Below are positions 15,230 through 30,012 of a DNA stretch of 64,000 nt, in pieces. The position numbers and the translations under genes were made by a program. The notes beneath the pieces are model-generated. The model did not search any database. It saw only the letters and a program-made list of their open reading frames with translations, and was not told the origin of the DNA. This DNA comes from the human T2T-CHM13v2.0 reference genome, Homo sapiens: the NCBI RefSeq assembly GCF_009914755.1, contig NC_060926.1; one strand, given 5' to 3'. Each line of letters opens with the position of its first letter. Position 1 is the stretch's first letter.

Positions 15230-15730
15230 AAGACTGATCTTAAAACACGGATCCACTCACATCCTTCTCCTTCTTATTTATTTCCAAAGGCTCCCATTGC
15301 CTGCTAGATAAAGCCCATACCTCTCAGCCTGGCATACAAGTTCTCATACAGATGGACCAGACCTTGTCTCCTAGCATTGCTTCCACACCCCCAGCCCTCC
15401 CACAGCCACACCGAGGCCACAGTGAACTGTCACTGTCCCCAGGCTCAGTGCACTTGCATGCCTTCACACTCTGGCTCCTGTTGCTCCCTTTTCCTAGATG
15501 CCTTCTCTTCTTTCTTACCTAATAAACTCCTGTTCATCCTTCAGCACTCAAATTCAATGTCATTTCCTTTGTAATGCCTGTCCCAAGCCAGGATTCATCT
15601 TACCTCCTCTGGGCTCTCTGCACTTGGCTCTGACCTCAACCACAGCACCAATCATATTGCATCATCATATTTCTAAGTCCTCTATTAGGTTTTACATAAT
15701 CTCCTTTTCACCAGGAATTGTGTCTTATTG
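15230..15730 (+). mobile_element. L2 fragment
   Basis: ccaaaggctcccattgcctg...gataaagccca...cagcctggcatacaag; tcaaattcaatgtcatttcc. Confidence 0.6.
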
Positions 15731-15807
15731 ACTGGGATAGTCCCAGTCAATGTAACCAGTACAGGTAGAATGAAAAGTAGAGTGTGCTGGGGGATGGGAG
15801 GAGGAAA

Positions 15808-15862
15808 GGATGGATGGATGGATGGATGGATGGATGGATGGATGGATGGATGGATGGATGGA
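15808..15862. repeat. (GGAT)n microsatellite
   Basis: ~13 perfect units. Confidence 0.97.
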
Positions 15863-16098
15863 AGGACAGAGGCATGGAAGGATAATTTGTATTATATTAA
15901 TATTAGGTATCTTGGACTATTAAAGAGGATCTACATGCCTATGAACCGAAAGAAGTCTGTAAACAAAGAATCAAATCATTGAACTGAGACTCAAGTGATC
16001 CCAGTCTTAGTTGCTTTACAGGTCCCAGTGTCCCAATCTAATAACTGAGTAATACAGCTCCTGCTCTAATGTTCTGTGAGCCAGTGATAGTCTAAATC

Positions 16099-16311
16099 AT
16101 TGCCATCCAATAGCACCTTCTGCAGGAATGGAAATGTTCTAAAATTTATTCTGTCCAATAGGGTAGCCATTAGCCACATGTCACTATGTGCACTTAAAAT
16201 GTGACTAGTGCAACTGAAGAACTACATTTGTGATTTTATTCAACATCAATTAATTTTAATTGAATATTTAAATAGCCACATGAGGCCAGTGGCTACTATA
16301 TTGAACAGCAC
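16099..16311. mobile_element. MER3-like hAT MITE
   Basis: ccaatagcaccttctgc...tagccattagccacatg...aatagccacatgaggccagtggctactatattgaacagcacag. Confidence 0.8.
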
Positions 16312-17145
16312 AGGTATAAACCACTATGCTCAAAGCCTGTGTTATACTTCAGTGTACTGCTACTTAACACCATCAAAGACATTGCTATATAGGCTCAAAC
16401 TGCACAGATTCTTCTTGATGTGTTGATAAAGACACCTATGTTGGATGAAGTGAGTGGTGTTCTACCCTCTCTCATTTCTCAGCTAAACATAACTCTTCCA
16501 CTGACTTTGGCCCAGCCTATCACATGTACCTGGCCTGGATCCAGACAGTTAGAATTATGAGAATCAGCTCAGAGATGTCCAACCAAGAGATCAAAATTTC
16601 CTGATGAATCTCAAAATATGACTTGATATAGCTCTAATTTCCTTTGAGTCCTGTTCTTTAAAGTTGTCACCCCATTGAGGGCAAAAATGGTATCCTGTTC
16701 ATCACATTTCTTGTAACATCTAGAGTCATACCTGGCACTTAGCAAGTGATCATTAACATTTGCTGAATTAATTTACCAGGATTGCAAATGAGGAGAAGCA
16801 TTCTAGTGATAGGCTTGGATTCTCATGACCAACAATGGTACTCCCGAAAGCCTATCTACCCATCAAAGACGGTCAACCATAAAACCTACTCAACGTTCAA
16901 CAACAGACAAGTCTTAAACACCTTCTATGTGTCTAATCCCAGGCATTTGACCATTTGCTCAGGACCTGAGATACAGAATACATAAGACAAAGTCCCACCC
17001 TTCAAAGAACTCAGTTTAGTAGAACTGAGAGACACACAATTAATTCTAATTTTAGTAGCCACTTACTTCAATAGACATGCAGGTAAGGAGCCACATAAGA
17101 ACTCTTCATTTAATACAGTTTAAGGATCTCTGGATTGGACATTTT

Positions 17146-17526
17146 GGTGGACACTGAATTGCACCATGCAGATTCCCCTTTAATCAAAGACTTGCTGGCC
17201 CAGTTGCTAGGAGTGCTGTGGGCAGGCAGCCTCCAAACCTGTCCTTCAGAGAGCCTTCATCCAGTTACTGGACAGTGTAGGAGTATACAGACCCAGCCAT
17301 CTCGTCCCCATTCAGATAACTCTGAAGTCATTTTAGCTCCCAGAATTGACCTGACTTGAGCCGAGGCTGTCCTTGGGCCTGCAGCAGCAGCTCAATTTCT
17401 CCCTCTGTGCCCTTCTGCTTCCTTCCTTTTCCTTTCTGGGGACCATCATTAATAAACCTCCTACATGCTAAACTCCACGCTCAACTCCCTCTGGAGTCAG
17501 CTTCCCAAGGAGCCCAACCTGCAGCA
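17146..17526 (+). mobile_element. LTR16-like ERVL LTR
   Basis: cagattcccctt...ttaataaacctcctacatgctaaactcc...gcttcccaaggagcccaacctgcagca. Confidence 0.7.
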
Positions 17527-17714
17527 ATCAGTACCACCAATGTAAGAGAAAACTTGAGAAGAGATAGAATTTGGGACTGTATCACTTCCCATCTGGCTGG
17601 CAATGAGACTCCAGCACTCACTTGTGGACAGTGGAACTCTGAGCCCCTGGCACAATTCAGTGGTCCGATCTAGTTGTAAAATCAGGTGCTGGCGGATTAT
17701 TGGGATATACACCA

Positions 17715-17925
17715 GCAGAGGGGGATGCATTTGCTATTGCAATGTATCAGATATCTGACACAAGATGGCCATGTCTTCATACTCCTACATTGTCCAGGAA
17801 CTGTATGAAGACCCTCTGAAGAACTGGCTTTGGAGGCTGCCTGTCAACAGCATTCCTAGCAGCTAGCGCAGGCAGCAAGTCTTTCACTGAAGGGGAATCT
17901 GTGGTACAACCCAATGTCTACTACA
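17715..17925 (-). mobile_element. Second LTR16-like fragment, inverted
   Basis: 17830-17900 is reverse-complement similar to 17170-17240; ends in ctactaca. Confidence 0.55.
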
Positions 17926-18183
17926 ATATCGAATCCAGAGATCCTTAAACTGTTTTAAATTAAAAGCTATTGTCTGTCTTCTTACCTGCACATCTATTAA
18001 AGTAAGTGGCTTCTAAAATTATAATTGATTGTGTGTGTCTGTTTCCTACTAAACTGTGAATTATTTGAGGAGAGTGGTTTTGTTGTATGTATTCTGTATC
18101 CCAGGTCCTGAGTAAATGGCCTGGGTAATATGACAGTAATAGTAATTATGGACAATGATGGCTATTATTAAGCTTTGCTGATA

Positions 18184-18547
18184 CAGTGGTCCCCTCTTAT
18201 CCTTGGAGGATACATTCCAAGACCCCCAGTGGATGCCTAAAAGTGTGAATAGTACCAAACCCTATCGATATCGTGTTTTGTTGATCTGATAACTGAGATG
18301 GCTACTAACTGACTAACACGTGGGTAGCATCTACACCATAGATCTGATGGACAAAGGGATGACTGATGTCCCAGGTAGGATGGAGCTGGACAGCATGAGA
18401 TATCATCATGCTACCCAGATTGGCATGCAATTTAAATTGTATGCATTGTTTATTTACGTAATTTTCCAGTTAACATTTTTGGACCATGGTTGGCCACAGG
18501 TAACTGAAATCAGGGAAAGCTAAACTTGGATAAAGGGGGAACCACTG
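18184..18547. mobile_element. MER44A-like TcMar-Tigger element
   Basis: TIRs cagtggtcccctcttatcc / ggataaagggggaaccactg; TA at the left flank. Confidence 0.85.
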
Positions 18548-20105
18548 CAGTCTGGAAAAGAGGAAAGAAAAAGCTGAGAGGATTCATCCCAACCTTCTCA
18601 GTAGGACAGAAAGAGGTTCTTGTCTGCTGCAGTGGGAGGGCACAGAAAACTGAAGACCAGCCACAGGACGCAATTGTCAGAATAGCTGAGTCCAAAGTTT
18701 AAACTCCTAACCTAGGAAGATCTGCTGTGCCAGGGTCAGGGCTGTGGTTAGGATAAATTGGGACTCTGACTCAAGCAATTTGAATAGCTGGGTTAATCCC
18801 CTATCTCCCAAATTTTCCAAGCCTGTAATAGTGGCCCACCTTCCCTATTAAAAAGCAACACTCCACCACTGGATGGGGATTATGAGCCTTCCCCCTATAA
18901 GGCCCCAAGTGTCTTACACAAGACATCTGCCCTCACCTCCCTTCTTAGCCACTAATCCTCTAGCTAGAGTTAGTTAAATTACAACATAACCCAGCCCAGG
19001 ACATACTGTGACTGATAATGGAAAAAAAGGAATTATACCCTTGAGAAGCTCCAAGACCTAGCCAGCATGTACCAGCAGGACTGGGAGGGTACACATGGAA
19101 TTGTATTTTGATGGTGCTTAATCAGGAGGTTGAAATATAAGCCTGGGTAAATAAGTGTTTGTACATTTGAGAGCCTCTCCCAGAATGAAAGATCGAATAC
19201 TCTGGCAGGAATGATAGAAGATAGAAGAACCACACTTAGATGGCTCCTAGAACAAAAAAGGCAATGCTCACATGAAATGAGGTGGAAATGCCGGATTCGC
19301 CATGGCTGATGGTGGAAGAAAGGATTAAAAGTCTCAGGAAAAGTGGAGAGGCTGGAGCGGATATACCAAGAAAGGCCAGGAAAATCATGAAAGTTGATTA
19401 TGTTCCAAAAGACGACCCGAAAGAATCTGCTGGTGAGAAGGGCCTCAGTGTCATTAAAAAATTCAGTGGTGGCTCTCCTCTCTCGGCAAACAGTAGGAAA
19501 CGCCACTACAAAACTATACTCTCTAATATTGATGGAATGAAAGGACTCCTAAACAGAAGCAAATTGACAATTCAGAACCATTAGGAGCCAAGTGGATTCA
19601 ATTACCGTGAGTGGCAAGACTGGAGCAGGGAGGTTGGAGGTGGTTGGCCTGCAAAGAGATTATGCAGCTAGTTTCTAGAACATGAATACCTATGGGCAAA
19701 ATAGGCAGACAACAAGGGTACTACTACTCAGTTGATACCAACTAAAGAAATCACAGATGGATAATCAGATGACTAAGGACAGTTATTTTAATATCATCAT
19801 CCCTAGTCCATTTTTATGCACCAACAGCCCGTTTTCTGAAGGAATGATCAGGTACCCACGAGAAAGGACTCCATAAGACCACAGCAGGCACACACACTTT
19901 TGATTCCCCCAGTTCTTCCACAAAAGGATCTTTGACTATTTACTCAGACGACTGAATTGGGGAAAGGAAGATAACCCAAACATTTTGAGAAATGTTGGAC
20001 ACAAGATCCAAATTGACACTAATATCCAGAGACCTTCTGGAGTAGGATCCTGGGGGAGCTAGATGATAAACGGAACCATGGCCAAGGTTTAAGACATACT
20101 GGGTC

Positions 20106-20696
20106 TGTGTCCGGAATTTATTCCTTCTGGTGGGTTCTTGGTCTCGCTGACTTCAAGAATGAAGCTGCAGACCTCGCGGTATTACAGCTCTCAGACGTGG
20201 TGCATCCGGAGTTGTTTGTTCCTCACGGTGCGTTCATGGTCTATGGCTCTGACTTAAAGGATGAAGCTGCAGACCTCACGGTCAGTGTTACAGCTCTTAA
20301 AGGTGGTGCATCCGGAGTTGTTTGTTCCTCCCGGTGGGTTCGTGGTCTCGCTGACTTGAAGAATGACGCGGCAGACCCTCGCGGTAAGTGTTACAGCTCT
20401 TAAAAGTGGTGCAAAGCCAAAGAGTGACCAGCAGTAAGATTTATCAGGAAGACCGAAAGAACTAAGCTTCCACTGGTTTCAATGGTACCCGACCTGGCTG
20501 CCGCTGCTGGTAGGGGCGGCCAGCTTTTATTCCCTTATTTGGCCCCGCCCATGTCCTGCTGATTGGTCCATTTTACAGAATGCTGATTGGTCCATTTTTA
20601 CAGAAGGCTGATTGGTGCATTTATAATCCTCTAGCTAGACAGAAGAGTTCTCCAAGTCCCCACCCGACCCAGAAGCCCAGCTGGCTTCACCTCTCA
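20106..20696 (-). mobile_element. LTR12 (ERV9) solo LTR, short type (LTR12/LTR12F-like)
   Basis: Reverse complement of TGAGAGGTGAAGCCAGCTGGGCTTCTGGGTCGGG...; three gctgattgg boxes; ~100-bp U5 repeats; TSD GGTC (20102-20105, 20697-20700). Confidence 0.93.
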
Positions 20697-20989
20697 GGTC
20701 TGCTGAGGCTACAGCCCATCTGGTGGTTATTTCCTCAGCTCCTGAATGTGTAATCAGAACTGATATGCTTGGTGGTTAGCACACACATTGCATCTTTGGT
20801 CTGCAGGGTAAACGTCATCCCTGGGGAGAAACTTCTACCTGCTACCTCCTAGACAAGAAAATAAAAAAATCATGCCCAAGGAGTGTGACAAAAAATAGGC
20901 CCTCTCTCAAGGATCTAAAGCTGCACTGCCCAATGTAGCCCTAACCACATGTGGCTATTGAGGATTTGAAACGTTGTTAGTGCACTTGA

Positions 20990-21636
<647 letters not shown>

Positions 21637-22299
21637 CTTGTGTGTGTGATTCAGATATTGGAAAACTTTTAAGTATTTTTGGAACAAGTTGAGTATGTGA
21701 ATCTACTTTTTCAATTGTAAATTTCATGAAAACTAAATATAAGTCAGTGTTTCTGCTAAAACTTTATATGGCTTATAATATACTAGAAGTATTAATACTT
21801 ATTACCCCCAAAAAAACTATAAAATATCTCATTAATATTTTATGTTTATTACATATTAGATTTATTTTCATAGATTGAGTTAAAATATATTACTAAAGTT
21901 AATTTTACTGCACCTTTTTACCTTTTTAATATGGCTATTAAACATTTTTAAATTACATATATGGTTTGTGTTATACATACAATGAAAAGCATTGTTCTAA
22001 AGGATGCAGAGTTTGTGGTTCCAATCATGTCTCCATTTAATTCACCATCCTGGCCCCTGCAAAAAGCAGACAGATACTGCACCATAACTGTGTTCCACCA
22101 CAAACTCAACAGGTAGAGGCTCAAGTTGCAGCCACCATGTGCTTTCCCTCCTGGAACAGATTAACAGTGTCTTAGGTCCATGTTGTGTAGCCCTTGACTT
22201 GACAAATGTGTTGTTCCCCATCCTTATTAGAAAAGAGCATCAGGGACAATTATCATTCACATGGAATAGGCAATAGTACACATTTACAATTCTGCCACA

Positions 22300-22480
22300 A
22301 TGGACTCTGACCTGGGTTCAAACTCCAATTCCTCCCCACTGTGCCTTTGGGAAGTAACCTCCCCAAATCTTACATTGCTCCATATGTAAAATTAGATTAT
22401 GTCCACATCACAGGGTTGCTATGAAGACCAACATGAGCTAAGATGAGCTAACTCTACATCATAAAGTAAGCAATCCATAA
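22300..22480 (+). mobile_element. MIR
   Basis: gacctgggttcaaactcc...ccatatgtaaaat...cacagggttgctatgaaga. Confidence 0.6.
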
Positions 22481-22689
22481 ATATAGGTCTCTCTTCCCCT
22501 CAGTGGCCAGAGAGATCTTGGATGCTAAGGCATGTAAAACACCTATTTAAGCTAGGATAAATAGAATAGTACTTCTATTTTGTTATGATACATATTGGTA
22601 AGTGCAAGGAGGGCTGGAACTTAGCCTATCTGCAGGAATATATTCTGTAATCTCAGTTGCATAATAGAATTACTTTACAAAGTTTTTTA

Positions 22690-23050
<361 letters not shown>

Positions 23051-23079
23051 TTATGCTCAATTCAGTTACTGGAAAACAT

Positions 23080-23234
23080 TATTATTAGTAGTAGTAGTAG
23101 TAGTAGTATTTTGTAGAGACAGAATCTCACTATGTTTCCCAGGCCGGTCTTAAAATCCTGGGCTCAAGTGATCCTCTCAACTACAGCCTCCCAAAGTGCT
23201 GGGATAACAGGGCATGCACCACCTCTCCTGGCTG
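23080..23234 (-). mobile_element. FLAM/Alu left monomer with (TAG)n-converted tail
   Basis: gtagagacagaatctcactatgtttcccagg...cctggct. Confidence 0.8.
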
Positions 23235-24260
23235 GAAAACTTTTAAATACATTCAGAACAACTGGTCTCAGGTAACACCCAGGTATTTTTCAAGAGTTGC
23301 CCCAGCTGATTCTAACATGCAGCCAGGGTTGAGAGCCGCCTTTCCTACCTGGTCATTTTGTCATAAGTCTTGAATAAGTGATCTCTCTTCCTGTCTGCCT
23401 CTCTAAATTAAAACTGAATGCCCATCAGTCACAGATAAAGATTAATTAGATAATTGCATCAAGCATGTTCTTTGAGATCCTTAATAGCAGAAGGGAAGTT
23501 CCAGATATCATTAGGGCCACTGTCATTATTATCACTTCCAGTTTCAAGTAGGAATTAGAAGTCGGAGACAGATCCCTTCTCCCCCATGCTCAGCCTTCCC
23601 CAGTCCTGGATGTATTATTCTGAGTGTGTTGTGAGGGCTGGGGCCCATCAGAAGGTTCTGAAGCATATTAATGTGGAGGCCAGCCCAGCACAGGTGTGAG
23701 CTGGAGTCTGATGCTGTTTGCTATTAAATACAGCAACCCTGGCGTCAGCATATTTGCAACACATTTCAAGATTGGGTCAGGAGGCCAGGAGCTGATGATG
23801 GATTTTTTATTTATTTATATATTTATTTTGCTTTACTGGCAAACTTGAGATTTGTAGGGTTCTCAAGCAGCTGCCGTCAAACCATCAGGTTACAGAGAAT
23901 AGGCACCAATGGAGAGGGAAGAAAATAGATTCTGGTTGCGACATTCTGTCTGGTCAGCTCATCACCCTTCCCCCCAATTTTCCTACCCCATGGTAAAGCA
24001 AGGCAGCAAGGGCTGATGGCTGAGGCACAGGCAATTGTCATTGGCCTGACTGGGACATTGGCAAGAGACACTTCTGCAGTGGAGCAGCAAATCAACTTTC
24101 CATTTTGTGTTATATGTTCAGCCGAATTTTCACAGCTGCTTGGCACCCAGAATGGGTGTGGTCAATTACTACCAGGGCCTGTACTGACAATGTGTATTCT
24201 ACCTTTCATTGCCAAGGCCTCCTCACTATGCTGATATAGAGGGTCAAGAAGGGCTTAAGG

Positions 24261-24555
24261 GGCTGGGCGTGGTGGTTCAAGCCTGTAATCCTAGCATTTT
24301 GGGAGGCCAAGGCAGAATGATGATTGAGACCAGGAATTCAAGACTAGTCTGGGTGACATAGTGAGACCCATCTCTACCAAAAAAATCAAAAAATTAGTTG
24401 GGCATGGTGGCACGCCTATGGCCCCAGCTACTTGGGAGGCTGAGGCAGGAGGCTCACTTGAGCCCAGGAAGTCGAGGCTTCAGTGAGCTGTGGTCACACC
24501 ACTGTACTCCAGCCTGGGCAACAGAGTGAGACACTGTCTCAAAAAAAAAAAAAAA
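24261..24555 (+). mobile_element. AluJ
   Basis: Full dimer with J-type cttgagcccagga...gaggct. Confidence 0.93.
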
Positions 24556-24917
24556 GGGAGGGGGTGTCTCAAGGTCTTCAAGGGGAGGAGCCAACCTCAC
24601 ACTGTTAGTTTATGGTTAACATGTATCACACACATACACACACTCACTTTGGGGAAATGTTTAAGTCATGCTATTTCTAATCTCTATCTTTTTACTGAAA
24701 ACAGAAAGAAAAAGCCACCAATTCTCAGTAGAATCAGAAAATTTGGGCAGTGGAAGGACCCAAGAGGTGAACTGGTGCAAGCTCCCATTCAATGCCATTC
24801 ACATCACCCTCCCTGAGGGAGGCATCTTCCTGTCTTGCTTGATGGTCTCCTATGATGGAAAACTCCCTTGTGGCCAGGAACCCACTGGAATATCCAAGGC
24901 CCTTGTGGGGGTCAATG

Positions 24918-25395
24918 GGAGTGGGCCACGGGGTGCCCAGATGAAACACTGTTTCTGAGTATATCTGTGGATGTTTCCAGATTAGGTTAGCATCTGAATC
25001 AGCGGACTCTGTTAAAATAGATTGCCCTTTCCAACGTGAATTGGCCTCGTCCAGTCCCTTGAAGGTCTGAATAGAATAAAAGGCTGAGGAAGGAGGAATT
25101 TACACTCTGTTTTTTCCTGCCTCTTCTTGAGCTGAGACAGCTCCTCTCACCTTCTCCTGCCCTCAGAACGGGATTTACACCATCGGTTCCCCTGGCTGTC
25201 AGGCCTTCAGACTCCGACCGCATCACACCGCTGGCTTTCCCGGGTCCCCAGCTTACAGATGGCAGAAGTCCTCCATAATCACAAGAGCTAATTCCTCACC
25301 ATAAACCTCCTTTTATAAATTACGTGTATAGAAATCAATATCTATAACCAATAAGATCTATTGCTGTGTTGCTCTGAAAATCCCTGACTCAGATA
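24918..25395 (+). mobile_element. MLT2B-like ERVL LTR
   Basis: ggtgcccagat...gaatagaataaaaggctgaggaaggaggaatt...gccttcagactc...ctgaaaatccctgact. Confidence 0.8.
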
Positions 25396-26027
25396 GCCCT
25401 GTCCCCAACCTACCTCAAATAAATGTCTTTACTGTGGTTTCAGAATACAGTACCAAAAACTGTTCAAGTGCTTCCGAGAGAGCAGAGCGATCCGTGCAGC
25501 TGCCTGGCTCCACACACCAAAAACGCCCAGTGGCAAATACAGTCAGTCATCGCAGCCACGGAGCCATCGGACACCTGGAGCCGCTCAGCACGCACGCTTT
25601 TCAGCTGCCTGGAAAATCCCCCTGGAGAGCAGTGCAGACGGGGCTTTGTTTTCCTCTTTCACTTGCCATTTCTCTTTTTCTCTTTTCCTTTGAACATTTT
25701 CAAATCCTTTTTTCTTTTCCCACCCATCTGGCAGCCACCGCCGGTCCAAAAGCTTTGAAAGCTCTGTGGCTTCTCAACCCACCTTGCATCCTGCAACCAT
25801 TTCTGCTCTAAGCCCCGAGATGATGCCTCTTGCTCTCTGCTGGAAGGGCACGTATTGTGTGTGGTGTAATGTAAGGAGAGAAAGGTTTGGAATGACTGAG
25901 GATTGGACTGAAAATATAAGCCTTCCACTTATAGCTGAGTGTCCTTGGGAAAATTAATAAGCCTCTCTGACTCTCTATTTTCTCCCCTGTAAAATGAGTT
26001 TGATACCTATCTTCGAAAAGTTAAGAA

Positions 26028-26834
<807 letters not shown>

Positions 26835-26882
26835 CCAGGAGTTCAAGACTAGCCTGGCAACATGGCAACACCCTGTCTCCAC

Positions 26883-26924
<42 letters not shown>

Positions 26925-27050
26925 TAAATCAGGGTGTGGTGGTGTGCCTGGGAAGGAGGGTCACTGAAGCTGGGAAGATCAAGGCAGCAGTGAGCTGAGA
27001 TCATGCCACTACTCACTCCAGCCTGGGTGACAGAATGAGACTTTATCTAG
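26835..27050 (+). mobile_element. 5'-truncated AluJ remainder with (CA)n in the linker
   Basis: Begins ccaggagttcaagac; (CA)~18 at 26886-26921. Confidence 0.85.
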
Positions 27051-27480
27051 GAAAGAAAGGGAAGAAAGGGAAGGAAAGAAAGGGAAGAAAGGGAAGGAAG
27101 AGAAGGAAGGGAGGGAGGGAGGGAAGGAAGGGAGGGAGGGAGGGAGGGAGGAAAGGGAGGGAGGGAGGGAGGGAAGGGAGGGAGAGAGGGAAGGAATGGA
27201 GGGAGGGAAGGAATGGAGGGAGGGAGGGAATGGAGGGAGGGAGAGAGGGAGGGAAGGGAGGGAGGGAGGGAGGGAGGGAGGAAAGGGAGGGAAGGAATGG
27301 AGGGAGGGAAGGAATGGAGGGAGGGAAGGAATGGAGGGAGGGAGGGAATGGAGGGAGGGAAGGGAGGGAAGGGAGGGAGAGAGGGAGGGAAGGGAGGGAA
27401 GGGAGGGAGAGAGGGAAGGAATGGAGGGAGGGAAGGAATGGAGGGAGGGAGGGAGGGAAGGAATGGAGGGAGGGAAGGAA
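27051..27480. repeat. GA-rich tandem repeat (GGGA/GGAA; recurrent GGGAGGGAAGGAATGGA unit)
   Basis: ~430 bp of almost pure purine on the + strand, replacing the Alu tail. Confidence 0.95.
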
Positions 27481-27809
27481 GTTTGGTTAAGAATAAAACT
27501 TCCAAAGAGATTGGTTGAAGATTGAAACAAATTTTTTAAAACTTTGAGTCAAGACTTTGGTATCAGACAAGTGTGGGTTCAACTCTCAGCTTTGTGTTTT
27601 ACTCCATCTTTAACTGAGGGCAATTTATATAAAGATCCCTATGAGAAATAATTGAGGCAATATATGCAAAGTGCTTGGCACAAAGTACATGTTTAATGAA
27701 CCTTAGTAATGAGGATGGTGTCCCCCAGGGGTTAAAGGTGGTAGAGATTACTTACGAAACAGAAGCAATGTTGTAATCCAGAATTCAAAATTGAACCCAT
27801 AACATACTA

Positions 27810-28165
27810 TTTTTTACCTAACTGCCCACTGACCAACATTGATAAACATCTAATACCTAGTATTGGTGAGAATATGGGGAAAAAAGGCCCTTTCATGCAA
27901 TGATAATAGGAGTACAAACTGATACAAACTTTCTGAAGCCAATTACAGCAACTCACATCAATAGTCTTAAAAGTGTACATACCCCTTGACCCAGAAATTT
28001 TACTTCCAAGAGTTTATCTAAGGAAAGAATCATGGATGTGTGCCAAGACAGATACCCAAATACATTCATTACAGCATTGTGAATGATTAGCAAAAGTTGA
28101 GGGGGGTGAGGGAGGAAGACCCAAATACCCAACAAAGAGAACTAAAGAAATGATGATAGAATACT
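27810..28165 (+). mobile_element. L1ME-type fragment
   Basis: gtattggtgagaatatgggg...catacccct tgacccagaaattttacttcc. Confidence 0.65.
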
Positions 28166-28167
28166 CA

Positions 28168-28560
<393 letters not shown>

Positions 28561-29672
28561 TTAAGACGCTGGTTTCAGAACACAGGGAAATTTCTAACAT
28601 TCAATAAGAAAAATGCCATAGAGACACTAAAATATTATAAGCAGCCATCCCAAGCAGTGGGAATAACGAAGAGAAGAAGAAGTCCTCCCTCAGCACCTAT
28701 GACCAACCCGATTCCTGAGGGTCGGCCCAGCCCAGGCACCACACAGGATGGAGATCACACCCCCTGCTTGCTTCTCTGCTCCATGGTTTCTAGGTTGTTC
28801 ATGGAGTAAGGTCTTCTCCTTGTGAAGATCAATTTCAGGGAATATTTATGCGACTACTCCTGAAAATGCCTATAAAAACAGATTTTTTTTTTTCCAAATG
28901 TGATTTGTTCTTTGACAAGTACAGCAAAGCAAGAAAACACTATTTTTGGAAACAAATGGAATATATCCAAAAAAACTGTGGAATGTAGTGGTAGAAACAA
29001 ATACATTTCTATATTTGTGCATCCACTTCTCTCTTCCCACCTAGCGTTTGCCAGTAAGGGAATAATCTTTGTAACCTCCAAAAATGTCACAGGAGGGGCA
29101 TAAGTGACTTGTTTCAAGGGGCAGGCTTGAGTGCCATGAAAGTGGGATTCGGCTCCAAGCCCTGAGGCCGGCACGATCTTCAAAGTTCTACAGAGAAGAG
29201 ACCGGAGGCCTTTTTGTTATGTTAATAGCCTTTAGCTTAATGCTTTTTGCTGTACTCTTTGTTTTGGAGAAATAAATTAAAGGTGTTAAGCTGAGAAGGG
29301 TTATAATTGATTTCCTCTTTGTGCTTTTCTATATTTTCCAATTTTTCTAAAACAGATATGAATTACCACTGTGACTAGGTTACTATTTTTTTAAGAGAAG
29401 GGTGAGGTGACCGCCACAGCTATCTCATGGCATCATTTCAAGTGCCCTGCAAAGATCTCCCTTGACCCCCGAGGTGGCCTGAAATACTTTTCACTGAATA
29501 TAGGGACCTTCATTTCAATGAGATAAAGTTTAAAATTCAAAATTCTGGACCAGAGATGGGAAAGGACATATCTCTATTTGCACACTGTGGTAAAAATGAC
29601 TAATAATACTTTGCTGGGCTGTACCTTGGGAATGGGCTCTTTATTTAGGGGTTCATAGCTTCCGCCTCCTAA

Positions 29673-29986
<314 letters not shown>

Positions 29987-30012
29987 CCTAACCCTAACAC
30001 AACTCTGTAGGT

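Noticed and set aside
19282-19584. 100-aa gag-like ORF as a domesticated retroviral gene
   Set aside because: Non-ATG start; homology is lost after a frameshift, and the surrounding gag has stops
20135-20410. Spaced ~100-bp repeats resembling a CRISPR-like or novel array
   Set aside because: Normal U5 tandem repeats of LTR12; eukaryotic context, no unique spacers and no cas genes
27009-27530. Long Pro/Ser-rich and Gly/Arg/Glu-rich ORFs
   Set aside because: Translations of the GA-rich tandem repeat, which lacks stop codons
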